NCBI GenBank assembly: GCA_951406725.2
Contig: OX597831.1
Span: 44,826,001-44,890,000 of the forward strand
DNA: 64,000 nt
Direction of reading: 5' to 3'
DNA from: Octopus vulgaris
Taxonomy: Eukaryota
Position 1 is the first letter of the stretch. The number at the start of each line of letters is the position of its first letter. This document shows, in pieces, positions 27,011 to 41,359 of the stretch. The notes beneath the pieces were generated by a model. The model did no database searches. It saw only the letters and a program-made list of their open reading frames with translations, and had not been told where the DNA came from. The position numbers and the translations under genes are program-made.

Positions 27011-28202
27011 GTTTAGACAGACCTAGCCTGTCAAGGTAACAGGATGTCAACTTACAAACTGTAGGGTCAACCGTCTGTCTTCTACCACCAGCACTAAAAG
27101 GAATTTCCCCCCATCCTCAAATGACAGTGTTCTCAGTGGTCCTCACTAAATTTCTTATTGGGGGCTACTGTGACATGTTGAAATTCTGATGAACCACTTG
27201 GACAGAAAACTCATGAAATTAAACCAAAGCTTGAACATAACAAATTCAATCAAACATCAAATAATACAACCTATTGGCAAACCCTGATGTGTATTAAACT
27301 ACCTGTAGTGGTGGTTAGATGTTTATTTATTTATGCGCCCTCTTCGAGCCTAGCCAGGCTCATGAGCCCGGTTTCCCGGTTTCTATGGCGTATGTGTTCC
27401 CCTCAGCTGGATGGGACGCCAGTCCATCGCAGCGTTACTCAAGAAACGGGAAGAAAGAGTGAGAGGAAGTTGGGGCGAAAGAGTAACAACAGGGGTCGCT
27501 ACCACCCTCTGCCGGAGCCTCGTGGAGCTTTAGGTGTTTTCGCTCAATAGACACACACAACGCCTGGTCTGGGAATCGAAATCGCGATCCTCCGACCGCG
27601 AGTCTGTTGCCCTAACCACTGGGCCATTGCGCCTCCACGATGGTCAGATGTAGAGAGACTGAATCCTTTAACAATTCCATGTAACACAAAATTCATTAAC
27701 ATCACTCCTGACATGCCTACATACCCTCTTCTCTCCATGACTCTGTTAATGTTCATATTTCTGCATTGTGTTTTATTTTGCGAATCCTGCAACTATGCAT
27801 GCACTTTTGGCTTTCATTGCTGTTTTTTTATGCCCCCTCTTTTACTCTTTCTCCTCCACGTTGTTGTGCCCTTGAGTACTGTATATAATAAGTTGACTAT
27901 TATATTATAAAATGTGGGAGACGATGTTTCGAGGGCGGAAATTTTGTCATGGGCCAGTAGTAGTACAGTGGCCAGCATTTGAAAACTGCTGACCAAGTAT
28001 ATAAAAAGGGACCGTGTTCTGATACAGTAACTCTTGTAGGCAGCCTGAGCAATGTGTAACTGATAAACATTTCGTTAATTTCCGATAAGTTCAAGATGGA
28101 AATAGTCTAAACCAGTGGTTCCCAATCTGTAGTCTGCAAAGGTAGTACTGGGGGTCCGTGAGCTAAATTCAAAATTTCATATACATACATACACATACAT
28201 CC

Positions 28203-28257
<55 letters not shown>

Positions 28258-28259
28258 TG

Positions 28260-28293
<34 letters not shown>

Positions 28294-29506
28294 TGTATAC
28301 ACACACACACATATATATATATACACACACACATATATATACATATATATATATACATACATACATATATATATATATATTTCTTTACCACCCACAAGGG
28401 GCTAAACAAAGAGAGGACAAACAAGGACAGACAAACGGATTAAGTCGATTATATCGACCTCAGTGCGTAACTGGTACTTAATTTATCGACCACGAAAGGA
28501 TGAAAGGTAAAGTCGACCTCGTCGGAATTTTAACTCAGAACGTAGCGGCAGAAGAAATACCTATTTCTTTACTACCCACAAGGGGCTAAACACAGAGGGG
28601 ACAAACAAGGACGGACACACAGATTAAGTCGATTACATCGACCCCAGTGCATAACTGGTACTTATTTAATCGACCTCGAAAGGACAAAAGGTAAAGTCGA
28701 CCTCGAAAGGACGAAAGGTAAAGTCGACCTCAGCGGAATTTGAACACTGAACGTAGCGGCAGACGAAATACCTATTTCTTTACTACCCACAAGGGGCTAA
28801 ACACAGAGGGGACAAACAGGGACGGACACACGGATTAAGTCGATTACATCGACTTATTTAATCCACCCCGAAAGGCTAAGTCGACCTCGGCGGAATTTGA
28901 ACTCAGAACGTAGCGGCAGACGAAATACCGCTAAGCATTTCGCCCGGTGTGCTAACGTTTCTGCCAGCTCGCCGTAGTTTCTCAGGGGAGATAAATCTAG
29001 TAATCCTTATTGTTACTGAATTAGATACAAGGCCAGTAATCCCAGCAGCGTTGACGATAAGCTAGTTAGACGATATAAATATCAACCCGAGAGAGATGAA
29101 AGGCAAAGTTGATATCGGCGTGGTTTGAAATCAGAACGTAAAGAGTTGAAAAAAGAATTACTACAAAGCATTTTTGTACCACATTTATCAAAAATAAAAG
29201 GAGTCTTGTGTGAAATTTACTTGTCATTCCGAGCCCCGTCTGCTAAATCTTCTCTCTCTCTCTCAGTTAAATCTGTCTGTCTGTCTGTCTGTCTGTGTCT
29301 GTCTGTCTGTCTCTCTTTCTCTCTCTCAGTTAAATCTTCTGTCTGTCTGTCTCTCTCTCAGTTAAATCTTCTGTCTGTCTGTCTGTCTGTCTGCCTGTCT
29401 GTCTATGTCTGTCTGTCTCTCTCTCAGTTACATCTTCTGTCTGTCTGTCTGTCTCTCTTTCTCTCTCTCACTCTTCCCCCTCTCTCTCTTTCTCTCTCTC
29501 ACTCTC

Positions 29507-29553
<47 letters not shown>

Positions 29554-30117
29554 TCTCGTTTCTCTGATGACTGGTTTTATAGAATATATGAGATTGTACT
29601 GGTTGTTATTCCATCTCAAACCAACAAACACTCAGTGAATTTTTCTTTACCTTCTGCCCCTCCCCCCACTCACGAGGCTGGTCAATCGGTTTCCTTGGCG
29701 TATAAACGACCGAGCATTTCCCTGAACGGACACTGATCCATTGCAGGGTTCAAGGCCTGCAGCTTTTGTGCAGAGAAAACAAATCCATAAGATCAACCCC
29801 AGTACTTGATGGGATGAAAAGTCAAGCTGACCTCGGTGTACCAGGTAATGGATGAGTATACCACAGACTAGATAAACTCTTTGGGTAATTCCCGAGTAGG
29901 ATCAACACGAGAGTGTATGATAAGGTTGGACCTTTCAATGTACACCCGACAGGCTTCAGTACAGTTTTCAACTACGCAGTTTTACTCACAGATCGATCCA
30001 GACATTTGGTAAAGACACACATCCAAGATACCACCTGTTAGGATCGAACTAAAGAATTCGTGATTCGTTTTTCCACGAACTTCTTAACCACTTAGCTAAG
30101 CCTGTAAATAGAGAAAC

Positions 30118-30186
<69 letters not shown>

Positions 30187-30268
30187 TTCACCGGTCTCTC
30201 TATGTATGTATGTATGTATGTTGCTGTCTGTTCGTCCGTCCGTCTGTCTTTCTGCCTGCCTGCCTGTG

Positions 30269-30363
<95 letters not shown>

Positions 30364-30761
30364 TTATCTATCCGCCCACACACGTATATACATACATAAG
30401 TATATACTTACACACATGCATAAATAATACATACATACATACATACATACATACATACATACATACATACATACATACATACATACATACATACATACAC
30501 GTACATAATGTGTGTATGCGTGCGCGCATACGCCCATATACACGTTAATATGTTTCAAGTTGCAGGCCATAGTTACGTACCTAGGTAACTAAAATATTTT
30601 ATTGAGACATCTCTTCAAAGAGAAATTCTTCATAATTTATGTAATTTTTTCTCTTACTCTCAGTAAATCAGGGCAAGGCCGGTCGTTGGTGCCAGCCAAA
30701 TTCTAACCTACAAGGTACACATACATACATACATACATACATACATACATACATACATACA

Positions 30762-30794
<33 letters not shown>

Positions 30795-31663
30795 CTAGTA
30801 TATGGCTGTGTGGTAAGTAGCTTGTTTACCAACCACATGGTTCCAGGTTCAGTCCCACTGCGTGGCACCTTGGGCGAGTGTCTTCTACTATAGCCTCGGG
30901 CCGACCAAGGTCTTGTGAGTGGATTTGGTAGACGGAAATTGAAAGAAGCCCGTCGTATATATGTATATATATGTATTTGTGTGTCTGTGTTTGTCCCCCT
31001 AGCATTTCTTGACAACCGATGCTGGTGTATTTACGGCCCCCGTCACTTAGCGGTTCGGCAAAAGAGACCGATAGAATAAGTACTGGGCTTACAAAAGAAT
31101 AAGTGCCGGGGTCGAGTTGCTCGATTAAAGGCGGTACTCCAGCATGACCGCAGTCAAATGACTGAAACAAGTAAAAGAGTAAAAGAGTAAATTACAGTAT
31201 GTGTGTGTATATTGACTAACGCATGCATTTCCAGAATTCTCAACCGATTTTCACCAAACTTTACACACACATTATTTATGTGCCAAGGATGGTCATGCGC
31301 TATAACATTCATTTTCTCCAGAGCTTTTGCGTAAATGGACAAACCGAAAAAAACTGGTTTACACGGGTTTTTCTCTTATTCGTTGTATGTACATAGTTTT
31401 TTGTATGTAGGGTCTTACATATTTTTAAAAATCTATATGGTTATATATTTGCATTGCAGAATATTTTTTGGCTGTTTTCACGTTTTTTAAAATTTCCATA
31501 GGCGCAGGAGTGGCTGTGTGGTAAGTAGCTTGCTTACCAACCACATGGTTCCAGGTTCAGTCCCACTGCGTGGCACCTTAGCCAAGTGTCTTCTACTATA
31601 GCCTCGGGCCGACCAAAGCCTTGTGAATGGATTTGGTAGACGGAAACTGAAAGAAGCCCGTCG

Positions 31664-31698
<35 letters not shown>

Positions 31699-31720
31699 GT
31701 GTGTATATGTTTGCGCGTCT

Positions 31721-32184
31721 GGGATCTTTTCCTTTTGAAGGCCAGATTTCAACACAATTTCTAGTCAACTAAACACTTTAAAACTTCGTATACTGGTAGA
31801 ATGTGTCTATAAAACATCATTTTTTCTTGGCTTTATTGAGAAAATTCTATATTTTGTAACATATTTTGTCTGAAAATCCGAGCATTTCGGCAATTTTAAC
31901 CAATCGATTACCTCCATTTAGGTAAACAATATTTGCTGCATCTAAAACTGAGACAACATCCTGTAACTAACCCTCCCCCTTCCCCTAACCCTAAATTAGA
32001 GAGTATAGTATTGGTTAAAATTCGAAAAATTAAACTACGTTAAACAAACGAATTACAAATTTATCAAGAAAGCCAAGTGAAAATAATGTTTTCTCTTGAC
32101 ACATTCTACCAGTATACAAAGTTTTAAAGTGTTTAGTTAACTAGAAATTGTGTTGAAATCTGGCCTTCAAAAGGAAAAGATCCC
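31721..32184. mobile_element. Long-TIR MITE inserted into a SINE
   Basis: >85-bp near-perfect TIRs (gggatcttttccttttgaaggccagatttcaac... / ...tggccttcaaaaggaaaagatccc). The host SINE sequence resumes at 32185. Confidence 0.85.
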
Positions 32185-32763
32185 GTGTCTGTGTTTGTTC
32201 CTCCAACATCGCTTGACAACCGATGCTTAGCAGTTCGGGAAAAGAGACCGATAGAATAAGTACTAGGCTTACAAACAATGACTCCTGGGGTAGATTTGCT
32301 CGACTAAAAGCGGTGCTCCAGCATGGCCGCAGTCAAATGACTGAAACAAGTAAAAGAGTATTTACTTATATATTAGACTTCCGAAGGACGGGTGCGTTTG
32401 CTAGCGCGCGCGCATCTGTATAACACCTGAGCCAAAAATATAACTAACAGTATAAGAAAAAAAATTATATTCAGGTTACACTGCGACACAACAGGCATCG
32501 TCTCGTGGCAAACCAGTGTGCCGCGGAATGCCGGTTGCGGAGCACTGATATATATTACTCTTATATAACAGAGTGGTTGTCAGTGACTTCGAAGTGACTT
32601 CGAAGCTAAGCCATCGTCGAACGATGGCTTAGCTAGCCGAAACTTCGAAGTCCCTATCAAGAACATTCTTGTATAAAAATAGTAAATTTGTACACAACAA
32701 AAATATAGAGTAACCCGTTAGATTAATGCAAAATTGTTTTTCTTGTAAGTGAACACAAACATT

Positions 32764-32825
<62 letters not shown>

Positions 32826-32986
32826 TGTGCGCATGTGAGTGAGTGAGTGAGTACATCAAGCTATCTTTATTTAACACTTTTCTATAATTTCGCTCTACTG
32901 CTCCAGCATGACCGGAAATTTTTATTGCTTCCTTTTATACTCTTCTGCATGTGCATGAAAGAGAGGGCGTGTGTGTGTGTGTCTGA

Positions 32987-33017
<31 letters not shown>

Positions 33018-33805
33018 CGTGTGTGTGTGTATGCATGTGTGTGAGTGTGTTTGCGTATGCACGTATGCCTGCAAGTGTGTGTGAGTGTATATGTATGTGT
33101 GAATATGTGAATGTGTGTGCGTGTTTGTGAGTGAATGAGTGTATGTGTGTGTGTGTGTGAATATGTATGAATGCGTGCGCGTATGTATGTATGTATGTAT
33201 GTATGTGTGCGCAAGAGTGTGTGCGTGCGCATACGTACGTATGTGAGCGTGTGTGTGTGTGTGTGCGTGTGAATATGTATGTAATCATGTGTGCGTAAGA
33301 GTGTATGCGTGCGCGTGTGTATCTGTGTGTGTGTATGCATGCACGTTTGAATGTATGTATGTGTGCACAAGAGTGTGCGCATGCGCGTGTGTATGTATGT
33401 ATGTATGTATGTATGTGTGTGTGTATGTGCGTGCGTGTGTGTGTGTATGTGAATATGTATGTATGCATGTGTGCGTAAGAGTGTGTGCGTTCGCGCGTGT
33501 ATTCCGGTACCAGCCAGCTTTTATTTTTCAATTCCTTTTCATTTATTTACTCTATCAATATTGAGTTTCCGAAGCCTGTATCTTCAGGAGCAGCTTATCT
33601 GTAATATATATCTGCAGTTAATTGCTGTTACTAAGTCCTAGACTGACTTTTTAATCTTCTCTATAAATGTAATTATTTCCAACTTATCGCTCTGTCTCAA
33701 TCTTCTGCTACTCCAGATGAAGTTTCATGACAGATAACTTAGTTTATCTTTCCCCAGCTCGCGCTCAGTCAGTCTGTCTGTTTGCCTGCTGCCTGCCTGT
33801 TTGTT

Positions 33806-33836
<31 letters not shown>

Positions 33837-34236
33837 TTGCCTGCCTACCTGCCTGCCTGCCTGCCTGCCTGCCAGCCTGCCTGCCTGCCAGCCTGCCTGT
33901 CTGTCTGTCTGTATGTTTGTCTGTCAGTCTCTCTCCCCTCTCTCGCTCTCTTTCTCTCTCTCACTTTCATTCCGTGTCTTCCTATCTTTCTTTCTCTTTC
34001 TTCCTCTCTTTCTTTCTGTCAGTCAGTCTGTCTCTAACCCTTCCACTCTGTCTATTCTTCTCTCTCTCTCTGTCTATTCTTCTCTCTCTCTCTGTCTATT
34101 CTTCTCTCTCTCTCTGTCTATTCTTCTTCTCTCTCTCTCTCTCTCTTTCTTCTCTCACTCCTCCGCCTCCCTTCTGCTCTTTGCGCACTCCTTCTTTCTT
34201 GTCTCCTCTTTCTTTCTCAGTTTCTCGTCTTTCTTA

Positions 34237-34271
<35 letters not shown>

Positions 34272-35017
34272 TAAATAATCTTCTTTCTTTCGTGTCTGTC
34301 TTGTTTGTCTGTCGCCTTTTTTGCCTGTCCCCCTCTCTCTGTCCCTCACCCACTCTCTCTTTCTTTATGTCTCTCTCGTCTCCTTTTTCTCCACACACCT
34401 CTCTCCCTCGCTGCTCCCCTCTCTCTGTCTCTCTCCTTTCTCTGCTTCCGACCCGACTCCATTATCTCTGTTCTTCGTTACACTTTTAATCTACTCCTGT
34501 TTCGCCGTTAGTGCCCAGTAGCCAAGATGATAAAAGTGTCACACAATTGTGTGGCCGTATCCATGGTAAGTAAATACAACTTTACTACTTCAACTCACGT
34601 CGTTTCGGTTTACGTCGTTTCGGTTTACGTCGTTTTGACTTTACGAGGTGCAGGCATGGCTGCCGAGCAAGAAGTTTGCTTCCTAACCACATGGGTTCCG
34701 GGTTCAGTCTCATTGCGTGGGACCTTAAGCAATTGTCTTCTACTATAACCCCAGGTCGACCAAAGCCTTGTGAGTGAATTTAGTAGACAAACTGAAAGTA
34801 GCCCGTCATATACATACTGGATGAACTAGGATTTCAGAAAGAGAAATCGACTAGCTAACCTGTAAGTGGAACAGTAAAAATATGTAAAACTTTTTTCAAG
34901 TTCCAAATGTGAATTTGTCTGTGTTAACTACATCCCAAAGATGGAGCCTCGTATGTTTGTTGGAAACCGGCCTCCTCCCCAGTAGAAGATTTATAATAAT
35001 AAAAAACAAACAGAAGT

Positions 35018-35033
35018 GACATACATACATACA

Positions 35034-35067
<34 letters not shown>

Positions 35068-35600
35068 CATACACACACACACATACACACATACATACAT
35101 ACATACACACAAACATACATACATGCATACATACATACATAGATACATACATACATGCATACATACATACATACATACATGCATACATACATACATACAT
35201 ACATACATACATACATACATACATACATAATGCATGCATACATACATACATACATACATACATAATGCATGCATGTATACATACATACATACATACATGC
35301 ATACATACACACATACATAATGCATACATACATACATACATAATGCATGCATGCATACATACATACATACATGCATACATACATACATACATACATACTT
35401 AATGCATGCATACATACATACATACATACATACATACATACATACATACATACATACATACATAATGCATGCATGCATACATACATACATACATACATAC
35501 ATGCATGCATACATACACACATACATAATGCATACATACATACATACATAATGCATGCATGCATACATACATACATACATACATACATACATACATACAT

Positions 35601-35631
<31 letters not shown>

Positions 35632-35792
35632 TACATACATACATACATACATACATGCATGCATACATACATACATACATACATAATGCATGCATACATA
35701 CATAATGCATGCATGCATACATACATACATACATGCATGCATACATACATACATAATGCATGCATGCATACATACATACATACATACATACA

Positions 35793-35822
<30 letters not shown>
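35018..35822. repeat. ~800-bp (ACAT)n microsatellite with recurring ATAATGCATGC variant blocks
   Basis: Direct inspection; this is the source of the long MYVC/HTYI pseudo-ORFs. Confidence 0.95.
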
Positions 35823-35823
<1 letters not shown>

Positions 35824-36059
35824 TCTTCATTATTTTACCTGGTTGGCAAGAATCTTTATGTGAATTCGTGCGTTGAAACAAAATTTGTTGTGTCTGGGGA
35901 AAGTCATTATTGCCTTAATATCTAACACACTCACCGGTTCAATTTCAACTGATTTCGTTTTTGTGCCGACATCCATTGACAAATGAATAAATGAATAAGT
36001 AAATGAGTGGAAATTGAATCGGTGTGTTAGATATTAAGGTAGTACGACTCCTTCCAGAC

Positions 36060-36106
<47 letters not shown>

Positions 36107-36278
36107 ATGCAAGTTCCAAATTTTAAGCAGAAACACAGCAAACAGAGAATTCACATGACGGAACGTTGCTCAATCTTCGTCAGTTATCGTTCAAAAGATC
36201 CTTACAATTTCACGCCTTTAACGATAATGCTATTCACTTACATACACACATACATACATACATACATACATACATACG

Positions 36279-36322
<44 letters not shown>

Positions 36323-36325
36323 CAC

Positions 36326-36464
<139 letters not shown>

Positions 36465-36802
36465 TATAGCGCGTGGCTCAGTGGTTAGAGCATCGAGCTT
36501 ACGATCGTGAGGTTGTGAGCTCGAATCTCGGACCGGGCTGCGTGTTGTGTTCTTGAGCAAGACACTTTATTTCACGTTGCTCCAGTTCACTCAGCTGTAG
36601 AAATGAGTTGCGACGTCACAGGTGCCAAGCTGTATCGGCCCTTGCCTTTCCCTTGGACAACATCGGTGGCGTGGAGAGGGGAGGCCGGTATGCATGGGCG
36701 ACTGCTGGTCTTCCATGAAACAACCTTGCCCAGACTTGTGCCTCAGAGAGTAACTCTCTAGGTGCAAACCCATGGTCTGTGTCTGACCGAAGGGGGTCAT
36801 TA

Positions 36803-36835
<33 letters not shown>

Positions 36836-36867
36836 TTAAAAAAAGGAGATGTCGAACACGAGTGGTG

Positions 36868-37091
36868 ATATATAAAAAAGGAAATGAAGAAAATGCTGAC
36901 AAATAATTGAAGTAATTTAAGTAATTTAATTAGGTGAATGTTCTTTTACCGGTTGCGCATTTGTTATGCTTATCAAAATATTTTGATAAGCATAACAAAT
37001 GCGCAACCGGTAAAAGAACATTCACCTAATTAAATTACTTAAATTACTTCAATTAGTTGTCAGCATTTTCTTCATTTCCTTTTTTATATAT
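36868..37091. repeat. Loopless palindrome, ~112-bp arms, centred at 36979/36980
   Basis: ...gcgcatttgttatgcttatcaaaat|attttgataagcataacaaatgcgc... with one visible mismatch; bounded by TA repeats. Confidence 0.95.
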
Positions 37092-37100
37092 ATATATATA

Positions 37101-37146
<46 letters not shown>

Positions 37147-38042
37147 TGAGTGTGTGTGTGTGTGTGTTCTTTGTGTTTCTTCCGCCCACAGCTTGGCTAC
37201 CAGCGTTGGTTTGTTTACGTCCCCGTAACTTAGCGGTTCAGCAAAAAAGAAACCAATAGTTTCAGCGAATATTATTAGAATCGTGAAAAATTTTTTACAA
37301 AAGAAAAAGAAACCACCTAAATATCAGTCCTGAAGTGGAAATCCAAATAGAACGTGTGTGAAAATACGTACAAAGCATTTATTAAAACAAATATAAGCAA
37401 ATAAAAAGAAAATTTTAATGTCTTTTCGTGTTATGTCGTTTTTTCAAGTTAAGTCATATTTCTTGGTATTAATTGCCGAAGTAAGTTGAGGTAAACCGGT
37501 AAACGCTTAACTTTAAGCAGTCCAGTGTGTTTAGCTGTAAATAGTACCACCACAGAGTTGTACACTTGAAGACTTGAAGGCTGCTGGCAGATAGCAGGTG
37601 GAAGCGCTACATAAGTGTAGCATGTTAAGACAACAGCTGGCAGCTGAGTAGTGCATTCAGCAGAAAACTGTATGTGGGTGTGTGTGTATGTATGTATGTA
37701 TGTATATGAATACATATATGTATGTGTATATATATGTATATATATATGTATGTGTATATATATATCTGTATGCAAATATATGTATGTATATATATATGTA
37801 TATATATATGCGTATGTATATATATGTATGTATATATATATATATGTATGTCTATATATATATGTATGTCTATACATATATGTGTATATATGTATATATA
37901 TGTATATGTATATACATACATACATCTGATTGTTGTTCATACAACTGTTCTTTGTCTTTTGTTTTTCTGTAAATTACAACTATGTATACATATATAGTTG
38001 AATTTGTATATATATATATGTGTGTGTGTGTGTATACGTGTG

Positions 38043-38091
<49 letters not shown>

Positions 38092-38127
38092 ATTTACATA
38101 TATATATGTCACCATGCTTGACCGCTA

Positions 38128-38495
38128 AATCCACAAGCTTTTTATTCTCTCTCTGTTTATTTTCTCTTATTCCTTTCTGTTGAAGAGCGTAGGCTCGAAA
38201 TGCAAAAGGCCTTCTCACTTTTCATAGCGTTAAACTAATACACCTTCTTGTTGTTCATACACTTGTCTTCGTCTGTTGTTTTTCTGTAAATTAGAACTAT
38301 GTATATATATATATACATATATATAGTTGAAATTTACAGAAAAAACAAAAGACAAAACGAGGTGTATGAACAACCAGCAGGTGTAATAGTTTAACGCTAG
38401 GAAAAGTGAGAAAGCCTTTTACGTTTCGAACCTACGCTCTTCAACAGAAAGGAATAAGATAAAATTAACAGAGAGAGAATAAAAGCTTGTAGATT
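38128..38495. mobile_element. Tail-to-tail pair of Penelope-like element termini around a (TA)n tract
   Basis: ~170-bp inverted arms, each with a minimal hammerhead-like motif. A further copy lies at 39085-39210 and a partial one at 37925-37985, all abutting (TA)n. Confidence 0.6.
38415..38452 (-). ncRNA. Minimal type-I hammerhead-ribozyme-like motif (variant core)
   Basis: CCTTT-CTGTTGA-AGAGCGTAGGTTC-GAAA-CG-TA-AAAGG: stem I, core, stem II, palindromic CG stem III, GUA triplet. Confidence 0.45.
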
Positions 38496-38574
38496 GATCG
38501 GTCAGCCACTACACACATTTTTTTCTCTCTTTGTTGCTCTTCTTGTTTTTTTCTGTGTCTCTTTTTGTAGAAGA

Positions 38575-38656
<82 letters not shown>

Positions 38657-38678
38657 GTATACATACATACATACATAC

Positions 38679-38739
<61 letters not shown>

Positions 38740-38766
38740 AATACACACATCTATATACATATGTAT

Positions 38767-38811
<45 letters not shown>

Positions 38812-39207
38812 AAGATAGAGGGAAGGGGAGAGGGAGAGGAGAGAGAGAATTGCAGTGTGAGGGCAAGGCCACAGAGGCGATTGCCTTGACAGTAAAAAAG
38901 ATTTCTTTGGGCCGCACAGATGTTGCTGTGTAGTTGAGGATCTTACTTCCCATCTATGTGGCCTTGGGGTCGATCCCACTTTGACGTACCTTGGGCAAAT
39001 GTTTTCTACTATAGACCTGGGCTAATCAAAATCTTGTGAGTGTATATGGTAGACGGAAACTGAAAGAAGCCCGTCGTGTATTTTCCTCTCAATCCTTTCT
39101 GTCGAAGAGTGTAGGCTCGAAGCGTCAAAGACTTTTCTATTCTTCCCGAGCGCTAAACTAATACGCCTGCTTGTTGTTCCCACATCTGCCTTCATATCTT
39201 ATTTTGG

Positions 39208-39267
<60 letters not shown>

Positions 39268-39355
39268 TAATCCTAACAAGAAAGCACAAAAAAACACAAC
39301 AACGCGAGGACGTGGAACAAATGTAGTATTATTGGACGCTCAGGAAAGAAGGAGG

Positions 39356-39390
39356 GTTTAACGTTTCGAGCGGAGCTCTTCGTCGGAAAC
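39356..39390 (-). ncRNA. Minimal type-I hammerhead-ribozyme-like motif (second family)
   Basis: GTTT-CCGACGA-AGAGCTCCGCTC-GAAA-CG-TT-AAAC. Confidence 0.45.
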
Positions 39391-40669
39391 ATAGGAGAAG
39401 GAAAGATCCAGAGAATGGAAGACAGAGGAAAAAAATCGCCAACGGTACACACGAGGTCACATTTTGAAAGACTGGAAGGAAAAGGGTGAAGAAAGATGTT
39501 TTCAAAGACAGAAGAGTAGTATTGTCAAAGACAGCAGAATGGTAGAGGGGGAATGTGTGTGTAAGTGTGGATATGTGCGTGCACGGAGGTCTGCGTGTGT
39601 GTGTGTGTGTGTATGTGTGCAATGATGACACGTGTGTGTGTGTGTGTGCGTGTATGTGTGTATGTGTGTGTGGTTGTGGCTGTAAACAAAGGGCTAGTAG
39701 TAGGACTAGTTTGTAGGGCTAGTAGAATAAGTAGTGGTGTCTTTTTGTCCCTACCACAGGTCAGTACTGTTACTTTGAAGTATGTGTGTGTGTGTGCGTG
39801 TATGTATATGTATCGTGTGTGTGTTTTGTTTGTAGTGTGTGTGTGTGTGTGTGTATGTATGTGTGTGTCAGTGTGTGTATGCGTAGAGTCTGTGTGTGTG
39901 GTGAATAACTGTGCTTTACTTAGTGTATGTGTGCATGTGTGCTTGTACGCGCTACAAATCATTATAACTGTATATATGTATATACAAATCATTTGTGCAG
40001 GTCGTTCGGCAAATGCTGAAGACTCATACGTCGTCTTCGACGGGAGAGTCCATTGTTATTACAAGCTATTATTTGTACATCGTTAAATGAGATCAGTTAC
40101 ACATATTTTCTATACTTCGTTATTGACGTTCTAAATGTAAACAAATTTACTTTCTCACTTGTAAAGATTTCAAAAATTTCTAATCTGGATATTACATTGG
40201 TTTAATAGCTTCATGAGTATCCGAAGTTCAAGCAGATTCATTCTTCGAGTCCCGCGTATAGCTCTCCTCTTGCTTTTTGTTTGCTTTATTTTTTGTTCAA
40301 AAATAATTTTATAAATAGAATATACTATGAAAGCGGCGAGCTGGCAGAATCATTAGCGCGCCGGGCAAAATTCTTAGCGGCATCTTGTCCATCTTTACTT
40401 TCTGAGTTCAAATTCAGCCGAGGTTGACTTTGTCATTCATCCTTTCGGGGTCTCCGAAATTACTACCAGTTGAGCATTGGGGTGTCGATGTAATCGACTT
40501 ACTTCTGCCCAAGGACTTGCTGGACTTGTACCAAAATTTGAAAGCAATAATGTGCTGTGAGCTTTTATCTATAGCTGGATTGGCATTCGAGATTCATCGT
40601 CAATAGATGATCTACACACACATACGTATGTATATAAGTGTGTATATGTTTGTCTGTGTGTGTATGTGG

Positions 40670-40741
40670 TTTTGTTTCGATGCTATAGTGTCCTTTTGCT
40701 TCGATTCTATAGTGTCCTTTTGTTTCGATGCTATAGTGTCC
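40670..40741. repeat. 24-bp tandem repeat x3
   Basis: ttttgtttcgatgctatagtgtcc repeated three times. Confidence 0.9.
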
Positions 40742-40946
40742 TACACAATATATCTATAGAGATGCTTAACCAATTTTGTATGTATAGAGAGACAAAGACA
40801 CGTTGTACATAGACAGAAACAAAAAGTGGTTCAGCCAGTTTTATTTGAAACCTGTGTTGGGATTCCATCAACAACTGCGAACCTTCTTTAACTACTCACC
40901 GAGACATTGCTTATAAACCAAATATTACTGTGGGCTTAAGTTAAAC

Positions 40947-41359
40947 TAGTTAGTTAGTTAATTTTTTGGCTCAAAAAGTAAAAAGCAAGGCCATGTAGGG
41001 GGACATGGACTTATGTACAGGGAGGGTGTTCATGCAAAGAGTTCAGGTCATTTCTGGTCAAGAGAGACTTTGAACCGAGCGGTCGTCGGCATCTTCACTA
41101 TCTCGTCCGGCAGCTTATTCCACGGATCCGCAACCCAGATGGAGAAAGCCCCTCTCCTTCGATTGAGATAAAATCGTCGCAGATAGAGCTTTTCGGAGTG
41201 ACCCCGCAGCCGACGCTCTGGAGCAGGACTGAAGAACAGCTCTTTCGAGAGGTTACACTTTCCGCTTATGATGTTGTGAGCGAGAATGAGATCACCACGG
41301 CGTCGTCGTTTTTCTAGAGAATAAAGGTCGAGCGTCTTCAGCCTTTCTTCATAGGACAA
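40947..41359 (-). mobile_element. 5'-truncated CR1/L2-clade LINE (ORF2 C-terminus plus 3' UTR)
   Basis: SYEERLKTLDLYSLEKRRRRGDLI...RLRGHS.KL...R..AFS..V..PWNKLP is the typical CR1 ORF2 tail. The 3' end has (TAAC)n. Confidence 0.85.

Noticed and set aside
31965-31995. Telomere-like CCCTAA repeats
   Set aside because: Only 2-3 units, internal to a MITE.
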